Source: an uncultured Gemmatimonadaceae bacterium
Lineage (GTDB): Bacteria; Gemmatimonadota; Gemmatimonadetes; Gemmatimonadales; Gemmatimonadaceae
Length of the DNA stretch: 40,075 nt
Direction: 5' to 3'
Assembly: GCA_967720205.1 (NCBI GenBank)
Contig: CBQVAZ010000001.1
Coordinates: forward strand, 1 to 40,075
Shown here: piece after piece, positions 9,088-18,215 of the stretch
How positions within the stretch are numbered: the stretch's first letter is position 1
Layout: the number at the start of each line of letters is the position of its first letter
Translations under genes and position numbers: made by a program
The notes under the pieces: generated by a model
What the model saw: the letters and a program-made list of their open reading frames with translations, nothing else
The model's database searches: none
Told to the model about the DNA's origin: nothing

Positions 9088-9205
9088 AAAGCGGTAGCGC
9101 GGACACACGCGGACGAACACAGGCAGACGCGGAGAACTGCTGTGGTTTAAGAAGGCGTTCGCGTTCGTCCTTGCTTTCTCCGCGTTGGTCCGCGCTCACG
9201 CTTTT
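9088..9205. repeat. Palindromic intergenic element, copy A (about 118 nt)
   Basis: AAAGCGGTAGCGCGGAC-ACACGCGGAC ... TCCGCGTTG-GTCCGCGCTCACGCTTTTG. It shares termini and internal ACGCGGA/TCCGCGT units with copies at 9915, 21684 and 26403. It starts 17 nt after the HIT stop codon. Confidence 0.85.
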
Positions 9206-9908
9206 GATCCTGGCCGTCACGGTGGCTTCGAGCGCGTTAGGTGCCCTCGCCGCGCAGCGCTACATGCGCCTGGAACCCAACGTTCCGTACGACGGCCGTT
9301 TCACGTTCGCGCGCCTGCGCTACGTCCGTTATCCGGGTTGGTCGTATGACTATCCCACCATGGAACGGCACCTCATGACCATGGTGCGTGAGGTAACGTC
9401 GCTCAGGCCACATATGACCGGCAGCAACATCCACACGATGGATGACCCGGCGCTGCTCAAGTATCCCGTCGCCTATCTCTCCGAGCCGGGTTACTGGGTG
9501 CCAAACGAATCTGAAGTGCTGGGGCTGCGCACGTACCTGGCGAAGGGCGGTTTCCTGATCGTCGATGATTTCATGCGCGGCGAGTGGGCGAACTTCGAGT
9601 ACCAGATGCGGCGAGTGCTGCCTAACGCACGGATCGACAGGCTGGACGTGTCGCACCCGATCTTCGACACGTTCTTTCATATCCGGACGTTGGAGATGAA
9701 GTATCCGCACGACCCGTATCTCGACGCCGAGTTTCTCGGGATCCACGAGGACAACGACCCGACCAAGCGGCTGTCCGTCGTCATCAATTACAACAACGAC
9801 ATCGGCGACTATATGGAGTGGTCGGATGACAACTGGTGGCCCGTGAACATCACGAACGAGGCGTACAAGTTCGCGATTAACTACATCATCTACGGTTTGA
9901 CGCGATAA
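9204..9908 (+). CDS. DUF4159 domain-containing protein
   Basis: Matches the DUF4159 pattern (FTFARLRY ... W.YDYP, GGFLIVDD, HPIF). The track start at 9081 would translate repeat copy A. The in-frame TTG at 9204 gives a short hydrophobic N-terminus (ILAVTVASSALGALAA). ATG 9261 is an alternative start. Confidence 0.65.
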   Translation: MILAVTVASSALGALAAQRYMRLEPNVPYDGRFTFARLRYVRYPGWSYDYPTMERHLMTMVREVTSLRPHMTGSNIHTMDDPALLKYPVAYLSEPGYWVPNESEVLGLRTYLAKGGFLIVDDFMRGEWANFEYQMRRVLPNARIDRLDVSHPIFDTFFHIRTLEMKYPHDPYLDAEFLGIHEDNDPTKRLSVVINYNNDIGDYMEWSDDNWWPVNITNEAYKFAINYIIYGLTR

Positions 9909-9914
9909 CGACCG

Positions 9915-10036
9915 AAAGCGGCAGGGCGGACGAACGCGGAGCAAGCCGAGACGAACGCGGACTGCAATTGGGCAGAACAACAGTCCCGTCCGCGTGGGTC
10001 TTGCAGTCGTCTGCGTTGGTCCGCGCTCCCGCTTTT
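9915..10036. repeat. Palindromic intergenic element, copy B (about 122 nt)
   Basis: AAAGCGGCAGGGCGGAC-GAACGCGGAG ... CTGCGTTG-GTCCGCGCTCCCGCTTTTG. It starts 7 nt after the DUF4159 stop codon. Confidence 0.85.
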
Positions 10037-10061
10037 GGGACGAAAGTTGCGCGGGAAACCG

Positions 10062-10091
10062 TTGACCGATCCCCCGGTTGCGCCCTAGACT
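10062..10091 (+). promoter_or_regulatory. Candidate sigma70-type promoter for rpsU
   Basis: TTGACC (10062-10067), an 18-nt spacer, then TAGACT (10086-10091), about 50 nt upstream of the rpsU start. A sequence match only. Confidence 0.35.
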
Positions 10092-10142
10092 AAAGACTTG
10101 CTCAACCAGGCCGCGAGGCGGCCGCCCAGGGGGGAATCACGT

Positions 10143-10331
10143 TTGTCCGAAGTCATTATTCACGACGAAGAGAACTTCGAGCGCGCGCTCAAGCGCTTCA
10201 AAAAGAAGATCGAGAAAGCCGGAATCCTTTCCGATCTTCGCAAGCACCGACACTATGAGAAACCGTCGGAGCGCCGGAAGCGCAAAATGAACGCGGCACG
10301 ACGCAAAGGCCGCCGGCCGCGGTCGGCCTGA
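10143..10331 (+). CDS. rpsU: 30S ribosomal protein S21
   Basis: [47 protein letters not shown] is classic S21. TTG 10143 follows an AGGGGGGA Shine-Dalgarno-like run. The track start at 10098 adds an unlikely 15-aa extension. Confidence 0.9.
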   Translation: MSEVIIHDEENFERALKRFKKKIEKAGILSDLRKHRHYEKPSERRKRKMNAARRKGRRPRSA

Positions 10332-10448
10332 TCTCGTCGCGACGGCCGCGCCCACGTTAGGCGCCGCCGTGATCGCTTCCCCCGTACTCTCGAGCCCGGT
10401 CCGGCACGAACGCCAGATCGGGCTCGCCGCGTCTCTCCACTCCTCGCC

Positions 10449-12833
10449 ATGAATCGCCACGCCCTCGCGGTTCTCGAGTTCCCTCGCGTACTCGACCTTG
10501 TGGCCGAACGCTGCGCGTCCGGCCTCGGCGCGGAGCGCTTCCGGACCTTCATGCCGCACGACGATCGTGCTGCGCTCGAGCGCGAGCACGGGCGTGTCGC
10601 TGCGGTCCGAGCGCTACTAGACGGGGACGTCGGATGCCCATCGGAGACTATTCCCGACCTCGGCAAGGCGCTGGATCAATTGCGCGTCGTCGGAAGCGTG
10701 CTCACCGGGCAGTCGCTCCTCGGAGTCGCGACACTGCTGCGCTCGTCGCGCCTAACGAAAGTCGCGCTGGCCGATGAGCGGCAGCCTGCCATGGCGATCG
10801 CGCTCTTGGAGGACCTGCGCGGCCGGCTGGTCGTCGCGTCGCGCGATGAAGAACGTCTTACGCGCGCGCTCGAGCCCGATGGCACCCTGCGCGACGATGC
10901 GTCTCCGCTGCTTCGCAAATTGCGGCGCGAGTTGCGCGCTGGCGAAGGTGAGCTCGTCTCACTGCTCGAACGCACGATGCAGCGTCTCGATCCGCATCAT
11001 CGTGTTACCGACATGTCTGTCACGATGCGCAACGGTCGCTGGGTGATTCCAATCCGGCGCGAGGCGCGTACAGTCGTCGGGGGGCTCGTGCACGACGCGT
11101 CGGCGACAGGAAACACGCTTTTTGTCGAGCCGCCGGCAGCCATCGAAGCATGCAACCGTTTGCGGGAGCTCGAAGCGGACGAGGTCGCCGAAGTCGAGCG
11201 GCTGCTCGCCGAGCTTACTGACGCCGTTCGACCGCTTCACGAGCAACTCGAGGCCGCCTCGGACGCGCTCGTCGAGCTGGACACGCTTCGTGCACGCGCT
11301 CGGTTCGCGATCGACCTCCGCTGCGGGAGCGTATCGCTCGACGAGCCTGGGACAGGGTTCGCGATCAAGAACGGCCGGCACCCGCGGCTGCTGGCGCAAG
11401 GGATCGATGTCGTCCCCTTCGATCTGAGCATGGCACCTAACGAGCGCACGCTGCTCGTGTCCGGCCCGAACACCGGCGGTAAGACCGTCCTCCTCAAGTG
11501 CCTCGGCCTCTTTGCGGCGCTGGTGCAAAGCGGCATTCCGGCACCGGTTGCCGACGGAAGCCGCCTCGGCGTCTTCGACGATATCTTCGCCGACATCGGC
11601 GACGAGCAGTCCATAGAAGCCAGCCTCTCCACGTTCAGCGCGCACGTGAAGAACCTCGCTGAAATCCTGGACCGCGCGACGCCGCGTTCGCTCGTGCTCA
11701 TCGACGAGCTTGGATCGGGAACCGATCCTGTCGAAGGGGCCTCGTTAGGTGGCGCCATTCTGGAGGAGCTCACCCGGCGTGGCGTCCTGACGGTTGCCAC
11801 GACGCACCTCGGCGCGCTCAAAGACCTCGCCGCCGAGACACCCGGCGTCGTGAATGCATCACTGCAGTTCGACGAAGAAGCCCTGAGCCCGACCTATCAT
11901 CTCATCAAGGGGTTGCCGGGCCGCTCATACGGCATTCGGATCGCGCGGCGCCTCAAACTGTCCGACGCGATCATCGCCCGCGCAGAGGAGCGCGTGCCGA
12001 AGGCCGAACGCGACGTGAATGCGCTGCTGGCGAGCCTCGAGGAACGCGATCGTGCGCTGGCCGCGCGTGAGCGCGACGTCGCATCGTCCCAGGAATCCGC
12101 GTCGGCCCGCGCGAGACGCCTGGCAGAGCGCGAACAGCACGTGCGAGATCGTGAGCGCACTGTCGAACGTCAGTCGAGGCAGGAAGCGCGACGCTACCTC
12201 CTGGACGCCCGGGCCGACATCGAGCGCACGATCCGATCGCTCAAGAAAACAGAGCCGGATCAGATGGATGAAGCGGCGCGCGCGGCACGTCGCTCTGTCG
12301 AGGAGATGGCCGAAGCGCACTCCAAGGGCCTCGAGGCGCTCGACGCCGCGGAGCGCCGCAGCGTGGCACCTAACGAGCGAGCAATGGCCGACGAGCTCGC
12401 GGCCGGCGACACGGTGGATGTCCTGTCTCTTGGAGGGCGACCCGCGCTCGTCGTGGAAGTGCGCGGTGACGCCGCCCTCGTTGCGTTCGACGCAGTCAAA
12501 TTGACCGTTTCACTCTCGGATGTGCGTCGCAGCGCTGCAGGTGCGACGCCCGAGACGCGCATACCAGTGCTCGGCGACATCCCGGAGGTTCGCGCGAGTA
12601 CTGAGATCGACGTGCGCGGGATGCGGGTGGACGAAATCGACGATCTCGTTATGCAGGCGCTCGACGCGGCGATCCGCGCCGACCTCAAGTCGCTGCGCAT
12701 CATTCACGGCAAAGGGACGGGCGCGCTGCGCGCAAGGGTCGCGGAGATGCTCCAGAAGGACACGCGTGTCGCATCGTTCCGTCTTGGCGCCTGGAACGAG
12801 GGCGGTGCCGGCGTTACCGTAGCAGAACTGTGA
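10449..12833 (+). CDS. mutS2: Endonuclease MutS2 (MutS-family ATPase with C-terminal Smr domain)
   Basis: Walker A GPNTGGKT, MutS domain V (IDELGSGTDP), a long coiled coil, and a C-terminal Smr domain (IIHGKGTGALR). Confidence 0.92.
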   Translation: MNRHALAVLEFPRVLDLVAERCASGLGAERFRTFMPHDDRAALEREHGRVAAVRALLDGDVGCPSETIPDLGKALDQLRVVGSVLTGQSLLGVATLLRSSRLTKVALADERQPAMAIALLEDLRGRLVVASRDEERLTRALEPDGTLRDDASPLLRKLRRELRAGEGELVSLLERTMQRLDPHHRVTDMSVTMRNGRWVIPIRREARTVVGGLVHDASATGNTLFVEPPAAIEACNRLRELEADEVAEVERLLAELTDAVRPLHEQLEAASDALVELDTLRARARFAIDLRCGSVSLDEPGTGFAIKNGRHPRLLAQGIDVVPFDLSMAPNERTLLVSGPNTGGKTVLLKCLGLFAALVQSGIPAPVADGSRLGVFDDIFADIGDEQSIEASLSTFSAHVKNLAEILDRATPRSLVLIDELGSGTDPVEGASLGGAILEELTRRGVLTVATTHLGALKDLAAETPGVVNASLQFDEEALSPTYHLIKGLPGRSYGIRIARRLKLSDAIIARAEERVPKAERDVNALLASLEERDRALAARERDVASSQESASARARRLAEREQHVRDRERTVERQSRQEARRYLLDARADIERTIRSLKKTEPDQMDEAARAARRSVEEMAEAHSKGLEALDAAERRSVAPNERAMADELAAGDTVDVLSLGGRPALVVEVRGDAALVAFDAVKLTVSLSDVRRSAAGATPETRIPVLGDIPEVRASTEIDVRGMRVDEIDDLVMQALDAAIRADLKSLRIIHGKGTGALRARVAEMLQKDTRVASFRLGAWNEGGAGVTVAEL

Positions 12834-14701
12834 TTCCAGACGAGGAAGTCGATCGCATCCGCGAGTCGGCAGACATCGTTCAGATAATCGGCGAGCACGT
12901 TGCTCTCCGTCGCGTGGGGAACGACTGGCGCGGCCCGTGTCCCTTTCATCAAGGGACGCATCGCAACTTCTCGGTCTCGGCGCGCCGCAAGCTGTACCAC
13001 TGCTTCGTCTGCGACGAGAAGGGAAGCGTCTTCACGTTCCTGCAGCGGCGACTGGGTGTGGATTTCCCAACCGCCGTGCGCATGGTGGCTGAGAAGTCGG
13101 GGCTCGAAGTCCGCGAAGTGCGGCAACAGCGCGAGGGTCCCGATCCGCGCGAGCCGTTGTGGGAGATTCAGACCGCGGCGTCGGAATTCTTCACGTCCGT
13201 GCTTTGGGACGATCCGTTAGGCGCACCGGCGCGTGAGTACATCGCCGAGCGCGGCGTCTCCAAGGAGCTCGCCGATCGTTTCGGGCTCGGCTTCGCACCG
13301 CGCGAGATCGGTCTGCTGCGCGCGCATCTGACCTCGTTAGGCTACGAGGAGCCGAAGCTCCTGGAAGCTGGATTGCTCGTGCAGCGCGATGAGGGGGCCG
13401 AGCCCCGCCCGCGCTTCCGCGGCCGACTCATGTTCCCGATTCACGACCTGGCCAGCCACATTGCCGGCTTCGGCGGCCGTCTCATTGGGCCGGGCGAGCC
13501 CAAGTACCTCAACTCGGCCGAGTCGCCGATCTTCGTCAAGGGAAAACTGCTATACGGATTGCACACCGCCCGTTTGGCGGCGCGGCGCGAGGATCGCATC
13601 CTGCTCGTCGAGGGCTACTTCGACGCGTTGCGGATCGTCTCGGCCGGGCTAGAAAGCGTCGTGGCGCCGTTAGGCACCGCGCTCACCGGCGATCAGGCGC
13701 AGCTTCTCACTCGCTACACGAAGAACACCTATTTGCTGTACGACGGCGACCCGGCCGGACTCAAGGCCACATTCCGAGCAGGTGACGAGCTGCTGCGCAT
13801 GGGGGCGACGGTTCGCGTCGTGACGTTCCCCGACGGGGATGACCCCGACACGTTCGTCGCGCGCAACGGCGGTGCTGCCCTCGAGAAGCTGCTGGACCGC
13901 TCCCTCGACGTGTTCGAGAGAAAAATGCAGATCCTCGAGCGGGGTGGGTGGTTCGCGGATCTCCCGAAGCGTCGTGCCGCGTTGGATCGATTGCTGCCGA
14001 CGTTGCGCGCGACGGCTGATCCGCTGCTGCGCGAGCTCTATATTGCGAGAGCGTCCGAAACGTCTGGCGTCGATCGGACGGTGCTAACTCGGGAGGTGGG
14101 TGGTGGACAGCCGGCTGAAACCCCGGCGCGAGGAGTTGAGCCTCGCAATGCGCCTCCTCCCACGAGGGGCACTGTTGCTGGGGGGGAAACGCCAGATCGG
14201 ACCGTGCGTCGTGGCGACTTGGGGCGGCGCCCCACAGCGCGCGCAACGCCGGGAGGGGCAGCTGAGCGCGAGCTAGTGAGAGCGCTACTCAGGTTACCGC
14301 CGCTGGCGCCAAGTGCCGGTGAACGTTTACGATCGCACGCGATCACACTGCGTGATGCACGTTACCGTGAGATCCTGGAGCTGTTAATTGCGCGTGGAGG
14401 AGACGTGACACCTGAAATGGTCGCGAACGGCGGCGTGTTGAGCGACAATGCGATGTCGACGTACGACGAGCTTGTCGCCGCTCCCGAGGCGATTCAGGAC
14501 GTACAGCGGACGATCGACGACGCGATCGCTCGGCTCAGAGTGCGCGCTCTCGAGGACGAGGCGGCGGATATCGATCGTCAGGTAGCGATCGCAAACGCGT
14601 CGGAGCAGGATGCGCTGATGCAACGCAAAACGCTGGTCCGAGACGAGATAAAATCGTTAGGCGGCATCGGCGCTCGGCGCTATGGGGTCCGAGGACGCTG
14701 A
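12830..14701 (+). CDS. dnaG: DNA primase
   Basis: CHC2 zinc finger (CPFHQGTHRNFSVS ... YHCFVCDEKG), RNA polymerase core and TOPRIM (LVEGYFD, YDGDPAG). GTGA overlap with mutS2. Confidence 0.93.
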   Translation: MIPDEEVDRIRESADIVQIIGEHVALRRVGNDWRGPCPFHQGTHRNFSVSARRKLYHCFVCDEKGSVFTFLQRRLGVDFPTAVRMVAEKSGLEVREVRQQREGPDPREPLWEIQTAASEFFTSVLWDDPLGAPAREYIAERGVSKELADRFGLGFAPREIGLLRAHLTSLGYEEPKLLEAGLLVQRDEGAEPRPRFRGRLMFPIHDLASHIAGFGGRLIGPGEPKYLNSAESPIFVKGKLLYGLHTARLAARREDRILLVEGYFDALRIVSAGLESVVAPLGTALTGDQAQLLTRYTKNTYLLYDGDPAGLKATFRAGDELLRMGATVRVVTFPDGDDPDTFVARNGGAALEKLLDRSLDVFERKMQILERGGWFADLPKRRAALDRLLPTLRATADPLLRELYIARASETSGVDRTVLTREVGGGQPAETPARGVEPRNAPPPTRGTVAGGETPDRTVRRGDLGRRPTARATPGGAAERELVRALLRLPPLAPSAGERLRSHAITLRDARYREILELLIARGGDVTPEMVANGGVLSDNAMSTYDELVAAPEAIQDVQRTIDDAIARLRVRALEDEAADIDRQVAIANASEQDALMQRKTLVRDEIKSLGGIGARRYGVRGR

Positions 14702-14720
14702 TATGATGACAGGAGGCGTA

Positions 14721-15425
14721 GTGACACCTGAGATTCAACAACTGCTGGGCCTACAGTCGGTCGATGATCGCGTGGACGCGCTGCAGCGCGAGCTGGATGC
14801 GCTGGCGCCGCGACGCAAAGCGCTGGATGACGCGCGCGCTTCGGCAACGGCTGAACTGGCGGTGACAGAAAGCGGCATCGTTAACGACGACAAACGGCGC
14901 CGCGAGCTGGAGGAGCGACTTACCGATCATCGCTCGAAGCAGGAGCGCAACCTCGCCGCGCTGGATCAGGTAAAGCGCATCCGCGAGGCGACAGCCGCCA
15001 TGGCGCAGGTCGAGGCCGGCAGGCGGGTGCTGATCGAGGAAGAGCAGGAGCTGGATACGCTTGTTAGGCGTGTCGTCACCTCGCGCGACTATGCCGTCAA
15101 GCAGCGTCGTGCGATCGAAGCGCTGGAAACGGCGCAGGCTGACGAGCGCAAATCGCTGGATGAGCAAGGCGCGAGCATAAGCGCAGAGCTAGCAAAGGTG
15201 CGCGGAGACCGCGCGCAGCAGGCGGGAGGGATCGGCCGCACAATCCTTTCGCGCTACGATCGCATCCGTGCTCGGCGCCGCGGTCACGCCGTTTTTCCGC
15301 TCTCGGGCGGTGCGTGTGCCTGTTGCGATACGGCGATCCCGATGCACCGCCGGAATGCGATGGCGACATCCGGTGGCATCGATGTGTGCGAGGCTTGCGG
15401 CGTGCTGCTCTACGCGGAGAAATGA
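14721..15425 (+). CDS. C4-type zinc-ribbon coiled-coil protein (DUF164/COG1579-like)
   Basis: Long coiled coil followed by C-terminal CxxC ... CxxC (CACCDT ... CEACG). GTG 14721 lies 4 nt after a strong AGGAGG (14711-14716). The track start at 14682 is an alternative. Confidence 0.7.
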   Translation: MTPEIQQLLGLQSVDDRVDALQRELDALAPRRKALDDARASATAELAVTESGIVNDDKRRRELEERLTDHRSKQERNLAALDQVKRIREATAAMAQVEAGRRVLIEEEQELDTLVRRVVTSRDYAVKQRRAIEALETAQADERKSLDEQGASISAELAKVRGDRAQQAGGIGRTILSRYDRIRARRRGHAVFPLSGGACACCDTAIPMHRRNAMATSGGIDVCEACGVLLYAEK

Positions 15426-15463
15426 TGCTTGTTGCGTCACTCGCGCATTTCTAAGTTGCGCGT

Positions 15464-17191
15464 GTGACGCTCCCTTCAACCGTGCCTTGGGTTCGACCCG
15501 CGGCTCGCTGGATTTTTTCTCCGAGTGTGGATGAAGCGGTCGTGCGTCTGCTGGAACAAGAGGTCAAACTCCCCGCTCGCGTGTGCGCGCTTCTCGCGGC
15601 CCGCGGTTTCGGCGGACCAGACGCGGCCAAGCTCTATCTTCGCCCGCGCCTGAACCAACTGATCGACCCCGCACGAATGACGGGAGTCGACATAGCGGTG
15701 GAGCGCATCTCCCGCGCGATTGATACCGGGGAGCGCATTCTCGTGCACGGCGACTATGACGTCGACGGGATGTGTTCCACGACAATCATTACGCGTACGC
15801 TGCAAGCGCTGGGCGGGCAGCCGATTCCATTCATCCCGCACCGTCTGACTCACGGCTACGACCTAACGAGTGCCGGCGTTCAGGCAGCGAAGGAAAATGG
15901 CGTAACGCTCGTCATCACGTGTGACTGCGGCACGAGCGCGCTGCAACCGGTTGCCGAGCTCAAGGCGGCTGGGATCGACACGATCATCTGCGATCACCAC
16001 TTACCCAGTGGGCCACTCCCCGCAGCCGTCGCCGTGCTCAATCCGCGCGCGCTACACTGTGAGTACCCAGACAAGGATCTGTGCGCAGCGGGCGTCGTGT
16101 TCAAGCTCGCGCAGGCCCTGCTTCGAGCGCGCGGCCGGAGCGACACGTTCGCCATGCGCATGCTGGACCTCGTGGCGCTCGCCACCGTAGCAGACGTCGC
16201 GCCGCTGCGAAACGAGAACCGTACTCTCGTTAGGTATGGGTTGCGGCTGCTTCAGGAAACGAGCAACGTGGGACTGCGTGCGCTCATCCGCGCCGTGGGG
16301 CTCGAAGGACGTGAGATCAACGCCGGACGCGTAGGCTTCGTGCTCGCGCCGCGCCTCAACGCAGCGGGTCGAGTGGGGCACGGCATAGCGGGAGTCGAGC
16401 TGCTGCTCGAGCGCGACGAAGACGCTGCCCTCTCACGCGCACGCGAGCTGGAAGAGTTGAACCGCGAACGCCAGGCGATCGACAGGCAGACGCTGGACGA
16501 AGCGCGATCGATGGCCGAACAGCTGGATCTGGAATCGACGTACGGCATCGTGCTCACGTCCCCGTCCTGGCACCCGGGCGTCATCGGGATCGTGGCGTCG
16601 CGCCTCGTCGAGGAGTTCACGCGGCCGGTCATCCTCATCGCGACGGACGCCGGCATCGGCAAAGGCTCCGGCCGATCGACGTCGCGTTTCGATCTGCACG
16701 GTGGGATCCTCGCCTGCCGCGAACATCTGCAGCGCTTCGGAGGTCATCGCGTCGCGGCAGGGCTCACGATCGCGCAGGACAAGGTTGCAGCCTTCACCGC
16801 GGCATTCAACGCCGTGGCGCGCGAGCGCCTAACGGCGGACGATCTCATCCCGGAGCAGCGCGTCGATCTCGAGGTCCCCATCGACGACGCGCTCTGGAAG
16901 CTCGAGGGGGCGGTGCGGCACTTCGAGCCATTCGGCATGGGGAATCCGGCGCCGACCTTTCTTTCACGCGGGCTCACGCTCGCGGCACCACCGCGAACGG
17001 TCGGCTCCGATGGGCTCAAGCTGGCGCTTCGCGGGGAGCAGGGCTCGCTCGAGGCGATCGGCTGGGGGATGGCCGATCTCGCCGCGACGCTCGTGCCCGG
17101 AGCCGTGCTCGACGTCGCGTACCGTCTGGAGCGGGACGAGTATCAGGGAGAAGAGCGGATCGTCGCCAGGCTCTGCGCGGTGCGCGCCTAA
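15464..17191 (+). CDS. recJ: Single-stranded-DNA-specific exonuclease RecJ
   Basis: DHH motifs (VHGDYDVDG, ITCDCG, CDHH) and DHHA1 (GGHRVAAG). Confidence 0.93.
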   Translation: MTLPSTVPWVRPAARWIFSPSVDEAVVRLLEQEVKLPARVCALLAARGFGGPDAAKLYLRPRLNQLIDPARMTGVDIAVERISRAIDTGERILVHGDYDVDGMCSTTIITRTLQALGGQPIPFIPHRLTHGYDLTSAGVQAAKENGVTLVITCDCGTSALQPVAELKAAGIDTIICDHHLPSGPLPAAVAVLNPRALHCEYPDKDLCAAGVVFKLAQALLRARGRSDTFAMRMLDLVALATVADVAPLRNENRTLVRYGLRLLQETSNVGLRALIRAVGLEGREINAGRVGFVLAPRLNAAGRVGHGIAGVELLLERDEDAALSRARELEELNRERQAIDRQTLDEARSMAEQLDLESTYGIVLTSPSWHPGVIGIVASRLVEEFTRPVILIATDAGIGKGSGRSTSRFDLHGGILACREHLQRFGGHRVAAGLTIAQDKVAAFTAAFNAVARERLTADDLIPEQRVDLEVPIDDALWKLEGAVRHFEPFGMGNPAPTFLSRGLTLAAPPRTVGSDGLKLALRGEQGSLEAIGWGMADLAATLVPGAVLDVAYRLERDEYQGEERIVARLCAVRA

Positions 17192-17194
17192 CGC

Positions 17195-17710
17195 GTGCGC
17201 ATCATCGCCGGCGAGTGGGGTGGCCGGTCGATCCGCGTGCCGCGCGACGCGCGCGTCCGTCCTACCGCCGATCGGGCGCGCGAAGCGTGGATGTCGATCG
17301 TGCAACCGTCCCTCCCCGGCGCCAAGGTGCTCGATCTTTTTGCCGGGTCGGGAGCGTTGGGGCTCGAGGCCCTGTCTCGCGGCGCGGCCAGCGCCGACTT
17401 CGTCGAGATCACGCCGGCAAGTCTCCAGACGCTGCGCGACAACATCGAGAGCCTGGGTGCCGTGGATCGCGCGCACGTGCATCGCGCCGACGCGCTCCGT
17501 TTCGCTGGAAAGCTCGAGCCCGGGGAATTTGACGTCGCCTTTGCCGATCCACCGTACAACCTTGGGCTCGCGAAGCGCCTAACTTCACTCTGGCTGCACC
17601 GTCCGTTCGCCGCGATACTTGGAGTCGAGCATGACACGCACGAAGAGCTGCCGGACGGCGGCGATACGCGTGTGTACGGCGGCACCGCAATCACCCTCTA
17701 CCGAGCCTAA
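17195..17710 (+). CDS. rsmD: 16S rRNA (guanine966-N2)-methyltransferase RsmD
   Basis: MRIIAGEWGGRSIRVP, LDLFAGSGALGLEALSRGA and DPPY. The rsmD-coaD pairing is conserved. Confidence 0.9.
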   Translation: MRIIAGEWGGRSIRVPRDARVRPTADRAREAWMSIVQPSLPGAKVLDLFAGSGALGLEALSRGAASADFVEITPASLQTLRDNIESLGAVDRAHVHRADALRFAGKLEPGEFDVAFADPPYNLGLAKRLTSLWLHRPFAAILGVEHDTHEELPDGGDTRVYGGTAITLYRA

Positions 17711-17716
17711 CGACGC

Positions 17717-18202
17717 ATGCCGACAATCGGCGTCTACGCGGGCAGCTTCGATCCCATCACGCGCGGTCACGAGGACCTGATCCGCCGCGCGCTCACGTTT
17801 GTCGACACGCTGATCGTGGCCGTCACGACGAACGTGAACAAGCAGCCCTTGTTCTCCGTCGCTGAACGCGTCGCGATGGTCCGCACGGCAGTCGGCGAGG
17901 AGAGCCGCGTGGACGTGCAGACGTTCGAGGGCTTGCTCGTCGACTTTGCTCGCACGAGCGGGGCCAAGCTGCTGATCCGCGGTCTGCGCGCTGTGTCGGA
18001 CTTCGAGTACGAGTATCAGATGGCCCTGATGAACCGGCACCTCGAGCCGGTGCTGGAAACGATCTTCATGGTGCCGACGCTCGATACGTCATACATCTCC
18101 TCGAGTCTCGTGCGCGAGGTCGCGCGGTTCGGCGGCTCCCTGCAATCGCTCGTGCATCCGGAAATCGCGGCGGCGCTGGAGCGGCGCGCGCGCGGCTCGT
18201 AA
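17717..18202 (+). CDS. coaD: Phosphopantetheine adenylyltransferase
   Basis: [18 protein letters not shown] (T/HxGH motif), 161 aa, ISSSLVRE. Confidence 0.93.
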   Translation: MPTIGVYAGSFDPITRGHEDLIRRALTFVDTLIVAVTTNVNKQPLFSVAERVAMVRTAVGEESRVDVQTFEGLLVDFARTSGAKLLIRGLRAVSDFEYEYQMALMNRHLEPVLETIFMVPTLDTSYISSSLVREVARFGGSLQSLVHPEIAAALERRARGS

Positions 18203-18215
18203 CCCTGGGACTCCG

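Noticed and set aside
9237-9980. Long antisense or overlapping ORFs in the six-frame track. Examples: 9237..9980 (-), 26552..27376 (-), 38186..39289 (-), 33529..34320 (-), 5382..6029 (-), 22519..23244 (+, antisense to rex), 30664..31389 (-), 34358..35107 (-).
   Set aside because: All lie opposite or out of frame with genes that have clear family signatures. Their products are Arg/Ala/Pro/Ser-rich low-complexity sequence, typical of spurious ORFs in high-GC DNA. None shows a recognisable motif.
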